From: Yuukianura sp. NJ FZ-2021 | Taxonomy: Eukaryota | Assembly: GCA_046563655.1 (NCBI GenBank) | Contig: CM102285.1 | Coordinates: forward strand, 1,612,001-1,676,000 | Direction: 5' to 3' | DNA: 64,000 nt | Position numbers and translations under genes: made by a program | Shown: piece after piece, positions 50,046-61,406 of the stretch | How the letters are laid out: each line of letters begins with the position of its first letter | How positions within the stretch are numbered: position 1 is the stretch's first letter | Notes under the pieces: generated by a model | Database searches by the model: none | What the model was told of the DNA's origin: nothing | Seen by the model: only the letters and a program-made list of their open reading frames with translations

Positions 50046-52415
50046 AATGTTAAAGAGTTCAAAAAAACTAACTTTTAGTTTTACTTTTTACTTGGATTTT
50101 CATAAATTGGCGAATGGCTTTTATATAAAACTTTCCAGCAAAAAAATAAATGCTGATACTTTTCTGACGCTATAACGCGAGAAAGAAATTTTTCTTTCTC
50201 CCATAGGAAATTAACAAATTATAACAACGAACGTTTAGTAGAAGGAAATAATCAAGTTGAAAATCTATTCTACGTGGCTACAACATGAATTTAAATTTCG
50301 AGCTGAAAAATTTTAGTGTTTAAAGGTTAGACAAATTATTCTTTTCTGCATAGTCTGGCCTTGAAGTTCCAAATTAATGGTGTCTTCTTTTACAATCTGC
50401 ATCCTGGTATTTTACTTTTAATGGAAATTTAAATAAAATTATCAAAGTTTGACATAAAATTTACCTCTCGTTAAACTATAAAAAGTAACATAAAGTTAAT
50501 AGTATTAGTTCAGCTTAGACCATGGCCATGTAAAAATGGTTCCTGAAAAAGTTAAGCAGCAGTTATTTATTAGTAGTAGTAGTGTATATAGTTCCTCGTC
50601 GATGTTTGAAGAACTCGGTTGAGCAGTAGCCTTTATTGACAGTAGCCTTTATTGGAGTAGCCGTTATTTTTTTAGCCCTTTTTGGTTTAGCCCTAATGAC
50701 CGGGAACCTCACAAGTCACATTGTAGTGGAGCCAGTTAGCTCAATTACAATCACCTAAGCACTTTTCGTTAGGTTCGACACAGTTGAACTTATGTTAGAA
50801 TGAACTAGTTCTTGTAGTTCTTCCTCTATATAGGTTATAAATTCTGCTGAACTATCTTCCGTCGAACAAATACTTCCATCCACTCCAATCCAATAGCGAA
50901 AGGCTCCGTTGTACGACATAATGCTTGCTCCAAGCACTATAGAAAACATTTTCAGTAAACTATATTATTTAATGTAAGTTGAACACGGTGTATATGTTTT
51001 TGTTTGTTTTGTTTGTACAGGTAAAATATCAATAATATATGTGGCATGGGTCTATGCCATTAGCTCAAAAAAATTACGTAAGCAGCATTATGCTGGAAGT
51101 AAGCATAAAAATACTATATTTATGTAAGCAATGTAATTAGGTGTAAGCTAGAATTTGTATGTAACCGTGAATAAAATTCAATAAATTCTTACCTAATTGC
51201 ATTGCTTACCTAATTTATCTGATCTAATGGAGTGCTTCGTGTTGTCGATGTAGTATATTGTTAGCATTTACAATACTCTATATTGCATACTCTATGTTAC
51301 AAGAATACCGATTTGTTCCATACCTTGAAAAGGACCTTCACTAATATATGCCATGTCTTCCACGACGTTTCCACAAATAGAAATTGGTTTTATTGGTCCA
51401 GGAAAAATGCTTACGGTTGCAGAAATGCCCGGAAATACTGCAATTGGCCAGCATTTTGGAAAGGAACCAGTGAAAAGGGCTACAAGGTGGCCAACTAATG
51501 ACGATTTCCTTTGACGTTCCGCTTGTGCTTGGTTGTCCAGCAACATCAATCGCTCGGAGGGAGTGGCAGCTTCTACTGGCAACGACATGTCGAATAGGTA
51601 ACTGAAAGTTTGGATTTTTTTAAAACTATTTTTTAAAATCTAATTTTCAAAATTGTCCTCTGAGGTTTTTCATAATAAACAAAAATTGCCCAACTAGCAA
51701 GATTTAAATTAAGTATTGCCGTTTTACATTTGGTTTGTCAGTTGGTTTGAATGGTTCGGAAAAGTTGTGAACGTGAGGCATCGCATTTCCTTGGGAATTA
51801 GCTTCTCTTCGTTTTGAAGCTTCCGCCGAATTGCTCCTGCGAATAACTCCATCATCACTGTCCACACGGACACGTTGACCTTTGACCTCAATTGCTTCAC
51901 TTCACCAAGGTCAAATGACCTTGACATAGGAAAGTACCTAACACTAGAGCTTCCAGGATTCCAATATGGTGGTGATTTGTAGACTGCGCGGTAGATGAGG
52001 TCCAAGTACGATCCGACTAAGTACGGCAAGAGACGGAAAAAGCCGAAGCAAGATTTTGGCGATTCTTCTGGAAGTTGAAGTCTTTGAACTTCCGAGTCAG
52101 CAGCAAGCATCAACACATTAAAAATTGATTCTCCATCGGACAAACAATGGTCAAATTTGAAACAAATGAAGTGACAATTTGAGTTTTCGCCAAATTCCAA
52201 AAATGTGAACTCCCACGGACTGGATTTTTCAGGAAGTGGAGTCTGCAGCATCCGTTTGAACTGCGCATGAGCGTCAGCCTCTTGGTTCAAAGTCAGGTGA
52301 TGAATGTGTTTGTCCATGTCGAATGACTCCTCCCACTTCCAGAAGGCGTATCCACCAAACATAGTTGGATACTGCTGCAACTCGGGATAAACGAACTCAC
52401 CCGAGTCATCCCGAG

Positions 52416-53504
52416 TGTAGCGACGATGTCCTTTTTTTTATTTTTTGACACATTTAAATTTTTAATTCAGTGATCGTCCGACCTCCCCTTGTGGACGTGC
52501 CCGTAGTTAGGAACAGAGTATAAGCTAAGTGTATCCTTCCATATATATTCATTCCTCTAGGTTAGGCAGTATAGGTTAAGTTTGGATCCCCCTGTTAACC
52601 CCTGCTCCCTCTAGTTAACTTAGGATACAGTAGGATATGGTTTTCCCCTTTGTTTGCCCTCCCTCTAGTTGTATGCACTTGGAAGTCGGAGAGCCAACTC
52701 GGAGATCTGAGTCAGAAGGCATCTCAGAGGGCAACTCAGAAGCCCAACTCAGAAAGCGGCAATCTGAGTCAGAAGGGCAACTCAGAAGCCCAACTCAGAA
52801 AGCGGCAATCTGAGTCAGAAGGGCAACTCAGAAGCCCAACTCAGAAAGCGGCAATCTGAGTCAGAAGGGCAACTCAGAAGCCCAACTCAGAAAGCGGCAA
52901 TCTGAGTCAGAAGGGCAGCTCAGAGGCCCAACTCAGAAAGCGGCGATCTGAGTCAGAAGGGCAACTCAGAAGCCCAAATCAGAGGTCCGGGTTGGATGTC
53001 CGAGATCCAAGTCCAAAATCTTGTTTCTTTCATTATTATTACTATATAACATGTGTACAGTTCAGTTTTCAAGTCAGTCAGTAAATAGAGTTGGTAAAAG
53101 TCAGTTGTTGGCCGAAGGCCCTGCCCGAACTTGCTCTCATTCATTCTCAGAGGTCAATCAGAGGTCATTTCGGGGTCAAGTCAGAAAACAAAGTCAGAGA
53201 GTAAGTCAGAAAGCATCTCAGAAAGCATCTCAGAAAGCATCTCAGAAAGCATCTCAGAAAGCATCTCAGAAAGCATCTCAGAAAGCCAAGTCAGAAAGGC
53301 AACTCAGAAAGTGAAGTCAGAAGTCAAATTAGTCATTTGGGATACCGTTTCTTGGTAGTATCTAGCCAGTCTTACAAACTGATAGGTACACAAATACCAT
53401 AGTCCTCCTCATCCTAGTGGTTTTGGTTGTGTTCGGATCCGGCAGTTCAGTTTCATCAGTAGAACTCTATCGCTCTTTAAAATTCTGGAGTTATCGAAAT
53501 TACA
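52416..53504 (+). repeat. 5' LTR (1089 bp) with internal 46-bp and 12-bp tandem arrays
   Basis: Appears identical to the 3' LTR except C5 versus C4 near 52588/59538; 46-bp period at 52729-52980; (cagaaagcatct)x6 at about 53207-53285. Confidence 0.97.
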
Positions 53505-53522
53505 TGGTCCTTCGAACCGGAT
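53505..53522 (+). other. Primer-binding site, probably complementary to tRNA-Tyr
   Basis: TGGTCCTTCGAACCGGAT directly after the 5' LTR; resembles the complement of the eukaryotic tRNA-Tyr 3' end. Confidence 0.7.
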
Positions 53523-53709
53523 CGAGCCAGCCCATCGACGAGCAGTCAGCTGAGGAAGACATCCCATTGAGATCAAGACATCACTTTTTTACAGTCTATG
53601 TGAGCACCGAGCCAGCTCCAAAAAACCTACAGGGCTCTGGAAAAGGTGATATCGTCCCAAAAACTACGTTTATTAGCAAATCTAATTCCAGTCACTGTTT
53701 TCAGAAACT

Positions 53710-56700
53710 ATGGCCGAACGCCAGACCCTATCAGATGAGGCCACAGATCAGGAAGCAGAAGCAGATGTCAGCCAGTCTTCAGGGACTTTGCCCTTCGTCG
53801 CCGGAGATAGAGATGACGATGCCCGCAGCGTTGCTTCGCACGTCAGTCACACGTCGGTGAGGTCAGTCATCAGGCGCAAGGAGCGAGAACTGAAGATGGC
53901 AGCGCGAATCAAGATATTAGAAGAACAAAGAAAGGCTGTCCAGGCAGAAGCCGAACGAGAAAGGAAGATACGAGAGGCAGAAGCCGAACGAGAAAGGAAG
54001 ATGCGAGAGGCAGATGCCGAACAACAAAGGAAGCTCGCCGACATGGTTGCCGAGCAAGAGAAGATGATTATTGAGATGAAACTACAGAAGGAGCTAGAAG
54101 ATCTGGCCGACGAAGAGGAAGATTTGTTGGAGGAGATGGGGCTCCTAGAGCCCACCAAGCCATTGATCAGCCGTCCAGTGATCCAGCAGAGGAACACCCA
54201 GGATTGGGTCAATGCCGTTCCAGCAGATCCCCCGTCACCAGTACCTTCACGCAACCCGTCGAATCACTCGAACAGAGCATCTTCACCTCCAACATCGATT
54301 CGTGTGTCAGAGCAGAAGTCCGAAATTGTCCAGGTTGGAGAAGTGATTGCCGCTGCCCTCGGAAAGGCCTTGGAACAGATGAAGCCGGTAGTTACTCCCT
54401 CCACATCTGAAAAGGTGTTGGCAAGAAAAGCCTACGGAGCAGATCTCCCTCAGTTCAACGGAAGACCAGAAGAGTGGATGATTTTCCACACAACGTATAC
54501 CCAGTCATCACAGAAATGCGAGTTTTCAGATTACGAGAATCTCCACCGTCTTCGTCGATGTTTGAAGGGAGAAGCCTACAAGGAAATTGAGTGTCTTCTA
54601 GACGATCCAGAAAACGTACCCAGAATCTTGACGGTCTTAGAGAACAAGTTCGGCCGCAAGAAACACATCATCAACTATCATTTGTCCAAACTTCAGACTG
54701 TTCCCAACATGAAAGAAAACGATTTGGTCTCCGTCATGAACTTCGGAAGGTACGTCCGGAACTTAGTTGAGACGCTGAAAGGATTCAAGTCGCAAGTCTA
54801 CCTAGAGAACCCACAGCTACTTGATGGCCTCATAACTAAGTTGCCGGTCTCCATGAAGGAGAAATGGATGAAGACCCACGACGATGACACTACATCCCTG
54901 ATTGTGTTTGAAGAATGGATCCGAAAGAAGGTGGACATTGCGGAGAGACTGGTGGCACCCAACGTGAAGCAAGAGAAAACCAGAGCAGAGAAGCAGACTA
55001 CCAGATCGGTCTTCACTACGGAAACCTCTAGTCCCCCTCAACCGGCCACAAAGACAGCTACAGAAACTTCAGCGCAGCAGCAGTCATCTACTCCTAAACC
55101 CGTTCGATGTCAGCATTGCCAGACAGATGGACATCGAATTCAAGCTTGTGACCAATTCAAGAAAGGCAGCATTGAAGCCCGTCTCAAGACAGTAAAGGAT
55201 AGAAAACTCTGCTATGGATGTCTCAACTTTGGTCATGGAACAAAAGACTGCAGAACCAAGAAGAAGTGCACAGTAGGAGACTGTAGTTACTTCCACCACT
55301 CCTTGTTACATCGCCCAGCAACAACTGCAGCTGCCACTACTGCAGCTACGGCTACTAACCATGTTGTGCCACTTCAACTACATGTGTCCACCCAGATCAC
55401 CTATCAAGTTCTTCCAGTCACACTTCGTGGTCCGAAAGGTGAAATCTCAACCTACGCCTTGTTGGATCCAGGATCCGCGTACACCTTGTTGGACGAGGAA
55501 CTTGCCAGTCAGCTTCAACTTCCCGGTAAGAAACAACCTCTTGGATTTTCTACTATCAGTAACAGTCAAGGCTCAGAAATCCACTCACGTGTCGTTTCGC
55601 TCACCATTGTGAATCCGTCTTCCGGCGAGACATTCAAGATGACCGATGTACGTACATTTCCTTCGCTGACACTTCGTGGTGGAACCGTGTCACCGTCACA
55701 ACTCAAGCAGTGGAAGCATCTAGATGAACTTCCCCTTCCTTTGTACTCAGATGTCCACCCGAAGATCCTAATCGGCCTCCCACACCATGAGCTCATTACC
55801 CCTACTGAGGTTGTGAGAGGTTGCCAGAACGGTCCTGCAGCGGGGAAGACACCATTGGGTTGGATGGTCTATGGGAGGATGGCCCTACCAGAAGAGTGCA
55901 AGAGTGTAACTTACGTGAATGGAATCTACACTGTCACAGACCCAGATCCTTTGTATCAGTTGGTGAAGAGTTACTTCAGTACAGAAGAATTTGGCGTCAG
56001 GCCAACATCCTCTTCTCCATACACAAAAGACGAACAGAAGGCTGAGGAAATCGCCATGAGAACCTTGAGAAGAGTCGGACACAGGTATGAGATTGGCTTA
56101 CTCTGGAAGGATGAGACCGTTACTCTACCCGAAAGCAAGACTATGGCTCTCCAACGCCTCTCTTCAATCGAACGGAAGCTCGATAAAGACCCAGTTTATG
56201 CCAAGAAGTACTGTGACAATATCCAACATTACGTTGACTCAGGTTACCTTCAGAAAATGTCCCAAGAAGAAGCTGAGAAGGCCACTACCAGGACCTGGTT
56301 CCTACCCCACTTCGGCGTCAGTAAGGCTAGTAAACCAGAAAAACTCAGATTGGTCTTCGACGCAGCAGCTACTAGCCATGGGGTTAGTCTCAACTCAGCG
56401 CTCTACAGCGGACCAGACATCCTGAAGCCCCTGCCATCAGTTCTCTGCAAATTCCGAGAGAGAAGAGTGGCTATCACGGCAGACATCAAGGAAATGTTCC
56501 ATCAAGTTCAGATGAAAGAGGATGACCAGTTCAGTCAACGTATTCTCTGGAGAGGGATGGATCGGGACCGCCCGCCAGATCAGTACAAGATGAAGGTCAT
56601 GACGTTTGGAGCTACTTGTTCTCCATACTGTGCTCAACTCGTCAAAAGAGAAAATGCTATGCAGTTCGCCACAAAGTTTCCGAGAGCAGTAGACGCTATT

Positions 56701-59310
56701 GTGTCTCGTCACTACGTGGATGATTTGCTAGACTCATGTGACACTACAGCAAAGGCCTTCATCCACTTCCAAGAAGTTTTCAAGATTCAGAAGCACGGTG
56801 GCTTCCACCTATGTAACTGGGCCTCCAATGACCCGAACTTCATTCAGCAGATTCCAGAGGACCTCCGCTCCAAATCTCAGAAGTCATTCGGTACCAAGGA
56901 TACCATTGCCAGTGAACGGATTCTTGGACTAGAGTGGAACCCCGCAGAGGACTTCTTCACATTTTCCACCAGTTTCTTCAAAGTCAGGAAGGAGATCCTC
57001 AACGGGGAGGAGTCACCCACAAAGAGAGAAGCCCTGTCAGTCGTCATGTCAGTCTTCGACCCACTGGGATTTGCAGCAGTTCTGACAGTAAAAGCGAAGA
57101 TCCTTCTGCAACTGGCATGGCGAGCCGGAATTGGATGGGACGACATCCTGCCAGAGTCGCTTTGGAACAAGTGGAAAGAATGGATTGCAGACCTACAGGG
57201 GATCTCTTTCTTCAAAATCCCAAGGTGTTACTCCCTCCAGTTCTCCAAAGCAGAGGAGGTACAGCTCCACGTCTTCTGCGATGCAAGCGAGTTGGCCTAC
57301 TCCGCAGTCGCCTACTTCAGAATAGAATCCGGTGAGACAGCCTTCGTAGCAGCCAAGACTAGAGTTACTCCCCTCAAAGCCATGACCATTCCGCGGTACG
57401 AGCTACAAGCAGCACTGATGGGAGCCAGGTTAGCCCACTCAGTAAAGGAATGGCACAGTGTTCAGCCTACGAAGTGCTTCTTCTGGACCGACAGTCGTAC
57501 CGTCATGTGCTGGCTGTCAATGGACTCATGCCGGTTGAAGCAGTTCGTGTCAAACAGAGTCGGAGAGATCCTGGACTTAACCCAAAGAACAGACTGGCAT
57601 TGGATTTCAACACACGACAACGTTGCCGATGAAGCCACCCGAGACAGAGACCCTTGCGATTTCTCAACAGACAGTAGATGGCTGAACGGACCAAGTTTCC
57701 TAAAACTGTCCCCAGACCAGTGGCCCATCGGACAACCATCAGAACTGAAGGAAGATCCAGAGATCCTTGAGATCAAGAAGGAGTTCTGCGGACATGTGGC
57801 AGCAGCGAAAACAATCGTCGGTGAGTGTCCCTTTGACATCTCTCGCTTCTCCTCATGGACCAGACTCATCCGGAGCACTGGATACCTTCTACGTGCAGTC
57901 AGGTACGGATTTCGTGGAGGCAGTCACCCCTATCCACCTTTCGCCATTACCGAGCTTGCAGAGTCAGAAACCTTCTGGTGGAGATGGGCTCAAGCCGAAT
58001 CCTATCCTGAACTTGTCACCGCTTTCCGGATCAAAGACCAGATTAGAGCAGCCAAACTCCAGAGACACACACCACTCAGAGGGCTGTCACTTTTCATGGA
58101 TGATACTGGAGTACTTCGAATCAAGGGACGCGTTCAGGCCGAAGTTGCAATCGGAAACTTGGAACGGAATCCAGTAGTTTTGCACCCGAAGCATCCCTAC
58201 ACGATCCTAATGATTCGACACTACCATGAAAAGGCAGGACATCAGAACCAAGCTACAGTCATCAACGACATCAAACAAAAATACTGCATCACAGCCCTAC
58301 GAGAAGCAGTGAAGAAATTGTGGTCCAACTGCCAGCGCTGCAGAAATGATCGTGCTCGACCAATGCCCCCAGAGATGGCCCCATTACCATTGGCGAGATT
58401 GGACAGTTATCAGCGACCATTTACACGCACTGGAGTGGACTACTTTGGACCGATGGAAGTAACAATTGGAAGAAGACATGAGAAGCGGTACGGCGCATTG
58501 TTCACTTGTTTAGTCACCCGCGCAGTTCACCTGGAGCTAGCCGGATCCCTTTCTACTGACAGCTTCATTATGGCTCTTCGTCGCTTCATCGCCCGCAGAG
58601 GAAACCCGGCCCACTTGTATTCAGACAACGGCACCAACTTCGTGGGAGCAAACACAGAACTGAAGAAGGCTATCGGTGAACTGGATCAAGAAAAAATTCG
58701 TGAAGAGATGAACGTCCGGTCCATTGAATGGCACTTCAACCCGCCATACGCTCCACACATGGGAGGAAGTTGGGAAAGGATGGTGCAGTCCGTCAAGAGA
58801 GCACTTCATGCAGTACTGAAAGAGAGGACACCCCGAGAGGAGACCCTGCTAACCTTCCTCACTGAAGCTGAGAACACCGTCAATGGCCACCCGCTCGTGT
58901 ATGTTGACTCAGACGTTGAAACAGAAGAAGTCCTCACCCCCAACCATTTTCTCATTGGCACCCCAAACAGCTACCAACCTCCTGGAAAATTCGACGATGG
59001 AGACCTCATTCCTGGGAAGCAGTGGAGACTGGCGATGCGGCTGGCTGATCACTTCTGGGGACGCTGGATTCGGGAGTTCCTGCCAACCCTCACCAACCGT
59101 CAGAAGTGGATCGAGAAGACAGTCCCCATCAAGGTCGGAGACGTGGTCCTCGTCGTGGACGATTCCCTTCCTCGGAACTGTTGGCCAAAAGGAGTCGTCG
59201 AGGAAGTCCCAGAAACCAAGGATGGTCAAGTACGTTGGGCAATGGTAAAGACAGCCGCAGGACATTATAAGAGACCAGCCACCAGACTGTGCGTCCTCAA
59301 AGTAAAATAG
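53710..59310 (+). CDS. BEL/Pao gag-pol polyprotein (1866 aa)
   Basis: Gag with Cys-His knuckles (CQHC..H..C, CYGC..H..C, CTVGDC..HH..LH); protease LLDPGS; RT ADIKEMFHQ / MTFGATCSP / YVDD; RNase H LHVFCDAS; integrase HHCC, DYFGP, SDNGTNF, WERMV; uninterrupted. Confidence 0.97.
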   Translation: MAERQTLSDEATDQEAEADVSQSSGTLPFVAGDRDDDARSVASHVSHTSVRSVIRRKERELKMAARIKILEEQRKAVQAEAERERKIREAEAERERKMREADAEQQRKLADMVAEQEKMIIEMKLQKELEDLADEEEDLLEEMGLLEPTKPLISRPVIQQRNTQDWVNAVPADPPSPVPSRNPSNHSNRASSPPTSIRVSEQKSEIVQVGEVIAAALGKALEQMKPVVTPSTSEKVLARKAYGADLPQFNGRPEEWMIFHTTYTQSSQKCEFSDYENLHRLRRCLKGEAYKEIECLLDDPENVPRILTVLENKFGRKKHIINYHLSKLQTVPNMKENDLVSVMNFGRYVRNLVETLKGFKSQVYLENPQLLDGLITKLPVSMKEKWMKTHDDDTTSLIVFEEWIRKKVDIAERLVAPNVKQEKTRAEKQTTRSVFTTETSSPPQPATKTATETSAQQQSSTPKPVRCQHCQTDGHRIQACDQFKKGSIEARLKTVKDRKLCYGCLNFGHGTKDCRTKKKCTVGDCSYFHHSLLHRPATTAAATTAATATNHVVPLQLHVSTQITYQVLPVTLRGPKGEISTYALLDPGSAYTLLDEELASQLQLPGKKQPLGFSTISNSQGSEIHSRVVSLTIVNPSSGETFKMTDVRTFPSLTLRGGTVSPSQLKQWKHLDELPLPLYSDVHPKILIGLPHHELITPTEVVRGCQNGPAAGKTPLGWMVYGRMALPEECKSVTYVNGIYTVTDPDPLYQLVKSYFSTEEFGVRPTSSSPYTKDEQKAEEIAMRTLRRVGHRYEIGLLWKDETVTLPESKTMALQRLSSIERKLDKDPVYAKKYCDNIQHYVDSGYLQKMSQEEAEKATTRTWFLPHFGVSKASKPEKLRLVFDAAATSHGVSLNSALYSGPDILKPLPSVLCKFRERRVAITADIKEMFHQVQMKEDDQFSQRILWRGMDRDRPPDQYKMKVMTFGATCSPYCAQLVKRENAMQFATKFPRAVDAIVSRHYVDDLLDSCDTTAKAFIHFQEVFKIQKHGGFHLCNWASNDPNFIQQIPEDLRSKSQKSFGTKDTIASERILGLEWNPAEDFFTFSTSFFKVRKEILNGEESPTKREALSVVMSVFDPLGFAAVLTVKAKILLQLAWRAGIGWDDILPESLWNKWKEWIADLQGISFFKIPRCYSLQFSKAEEVQLHVFCDASELAYSAVAYFRIESGETAFVAAKTRVTPLKAMTIPRYELQAALMGARLAHSVKEWHSVQPTKCFFWTDSRTVMCWLSMDSCRLKQFVSNRVGEILDLTQRTDWHWISTHDNVADEATRDRDPCDFSTDSRWLNGPSFLKLSPDQWPIGQPSELKEDPEILEIKKEFCGHVAAAKTIVGECPFDISRFSSWTRLIRSTGYLLRAVRYGFRGGSHPYPPFAITELAESETFWWRWAQAESYPELVTAFRIKDQIRAAKLQRHTPLRGLSLFMDDTGVLRIKGRVQAEVAIGNLERNPVVLHPKHPYTILMIRHYHEKAGHQNQATVINDIKQKYCITALREAVKKLWSNCQRCRNDRARPMPPEMAPLPLARLDSYQRPFTRTGVDYFGPMEVTIGRRHEKRYGALFTCLVTRAVHLELAGSLSTDSFIMALRRFIARRGNPAHLYSDNGTNFVGANTELKKAIGELDQEKIREEMNVRSIEWHFNPPYAPHMGGSWERMVQSVKRALHAVLKERTPREETLLTFLTEAENTVNGHPLVYVDSDVETEEVLTPNHFLIGTPNSYQPPGKFDDGDLIPGKQWRLAMRLADHFWGRWIREFLPTLTNRQKWIEKTVPIKVGDVVLVVDDSLPRNCWPKGVVEEVPETKDGQVRWAMVKTAAGHYKRPATRLCVLKVK

Positions 59311-59356
59311 TAAGAAGACATCGCTTAGTTTTTAGTATGAACGTGCACGTTCATAC

Positions 59357-59365
59357 GGGGGGGAA
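59357..59365 (+). other. Polypurine tract
   Basis: gggggggaa abutting the 3' LTR. Confidence 0.85.
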
Positions 59366-60453
59366 TGTAGCGACGATGTCCTTTTTTTTATTTTTTGACA
59401 CATTTAAATTTTTAATTCAGTGATCGTCCGACCTCCCCTTGTGGACGTGCCCGTAGTTAGGAACAGAGTATAAGCTAAGTGTATCCTTCCATATATATTC
59501 ATTCCTCTAGGTTAGGCAGTATAGGTTAAGTTTGGATCCCCTGTTAACCCCTGCTCCCTCTAGTTAACTTAGGATACAGTAGGATATGGTTTTCCCCTTT
59601 GTTTGCCCTCCCTCTAGTTGTATGCACTTGGAAGTCGGAGAGCCAACTCGGAGATCTGAGTCAGAAGGCATCTCAGAGGGCAACTCAGAAGCCCAACTCA
59701 GAAAGCGGCAATCTGAGTCAGAAGGGCAACTCAGAAGCCCAACTCAGAAAGCGGCAATCTGAGTCAGAAGGGCAACTCAGAAGCCCAACTCAGAAAGCGG
59801 CAATCTGAGTCAGAAGGGCAACTCAGAAGCCCAACTCAGAAAGCGGCAATCTGAGTCAGAAGGGCAGCTCAGAGGCCCAACTCAGAAAGCGGCGATCTGA
59901 GTCAGAAGGGCAACTCAGAAGCCCAAATCAGAGGTCCGGGTTGGATGTCCGAGATCCAAGTCCAAAATCTTGTTTCTTTCATTATTATTACTATATAACA
60001 TGTGTACAGTTCAGTTTTCAAGTCAGTCAGTAAATAGAGTTGGTAAAAGTCAGTTGTTGGCCGAAGGCCCTGCCCGAACTTGCTCTCATTCATTCTCAGA
60101 GGTCAATCAGAGGTCATTTCGGGGTCAAGTCAGAAAACAAAGTCAGAGAGTAAGTCAGAAAGCATCTCAGAAAGCATCTCAGAAAGCATCTCAGAAAGCA
60201 TCTCAGAAAGCATCTCAGAAAGCATCTCAGAAAGCCAAGTCAGAAAGGCAACTCAGAAAGTGAAGTCAGAAGTCAAATTAGTCATTTGGGATACCGTTTC
60301 TTGGTAGTATCTAGCCAGTCTTACAAACTGATAGGTACACAAATACCATAGTCCTCCTCATCCTAGTGGTTTTGGTTGTGTTCGGATCCGGCAGTTCAGT
60401 TTCATCAGTAGAACTCTATCGCTCTTTAAAATTCTGGAGTTATCGAAATTACA
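59366..60453 (+). repeat. 3' LTR (1088 bp)
   Basis: Direct repeat of 52416-53504. Confidence 0.97.
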
Positions 60454-61406
60454 CCGAGCGAAAATGCACTTCGTTCGAAATCGCTCCTTTACTAAATCAC
60501 GGTCCAATTTTCCGGAAACTTTGAACCAAATGAGAACCTGGTATGGTGGATAAGATCCCACAGAAAATAGAAATTGACTCTGCGGGGACAAAATTTTGCA
60601 CAATTTTTTTGAAAGACATGGCACAAATTTTGCTAAAATTTGTCTGTAGATCAAAATTGGCCATGTCAGAAAAAAGAATAGAAGAAATCCAAATCCTAGA
60701 AAAACTTTTACTACACAATTACGCAAATCTTCGAGTTTTTTTCTATTTGAACACATATTCCTTCTAAGTTTAGTAACAATTAATTAGCTACAATTTCCCA
60801 ATGAAAAGCCAAAGTTCAACAGAATACGCATTACGACAATACTTAGTATTATAATAATATAATATTAGTTCTTTTTTGAAAATCCAAAACCTGAAAACAC
60901 TCCTCAAACTAACCCAACCTTCACAATGAACTGGTTTTCCATTTTCTTTCTGTTCAACGATAAAATCATGAATATAAGATGATGTTGTCAATTACGTGAT
61001 GTTAGTTTTAACGTCACTGAGAAGAATGATGAATTTACTTAGTACTTGTACTGATATGTTAATTCATGCTAATCACTAGATTCTAACTAATTTGATGGAT
61101 ACAATGTTTTCTGGAAGATAGATTGTGATTGGTTCCACTCCTGGTCCAATCACTGCAATCAGCGAAACCATAAACACATATGTGACATCATTAACTTTTT
61201 TGTTAACTACTCGACTCCCTAACTATCATATCCAGTCATCGGATCGGACATGCTAAATCTGTTGATTGAATGAGTTATGCATGATGTATATCGGAAGAAA
61301 CTGCAAACGAAAGTCAACTTTTGAAATGAAATTCTGAAACAAACTAAAAAGTAAAAAAGACAAAAAAGAAGAAGAAAATATTCAAAAATTTTGACGAAAA
61401 AACTTG

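Larger units (their letters stand above)
52416..60453 (+). mobile_element. Full-length BEL/Pao LTR retrotransposon
   Basis: TG...CA LTRs at 52416-53504 and 59366-60453; 5-bp TSD CCGAG (52411-52415, 60454-60458); PBS, PPT and a single gag-pol ORF. Confidence 0.97.
50755..60756 (-). pseudogene. WS/DGAT-like array copy 3, exon 1 split by an LTR retrotransposon (60756-60454 + 52410-51728; 51601-51324; 50936-50755)
   Basis: Removing the element and one TSD restores a 986-nt exon 1, equal to copy 4, and an open 1446-nt CDS; motif FKFDHCLSDG. Confidence 0.88.

Noticed and set aside
52729-52980. Regularly spaced repeats resembling a CRISPR array
   Set aside because: Contiguous tandem units with no unique spacers, inside a eukaryotic LTR, and no cas genes
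52650-53358. Repetitive ORFs in the LTRs (SQKA and SESI repeats; duplicated at 59599-60307)
   Set aside because: By-products of the 12-bp and 46-bp tandem repeats in non-coding LTR sequence
53847-59265. Many short antisense and alternative-frame ORFs within gag-pol
   Set aside because: Shadow ORFs of a long GC-richer coding sequence; no env-like ORF and no room for one before the PPT
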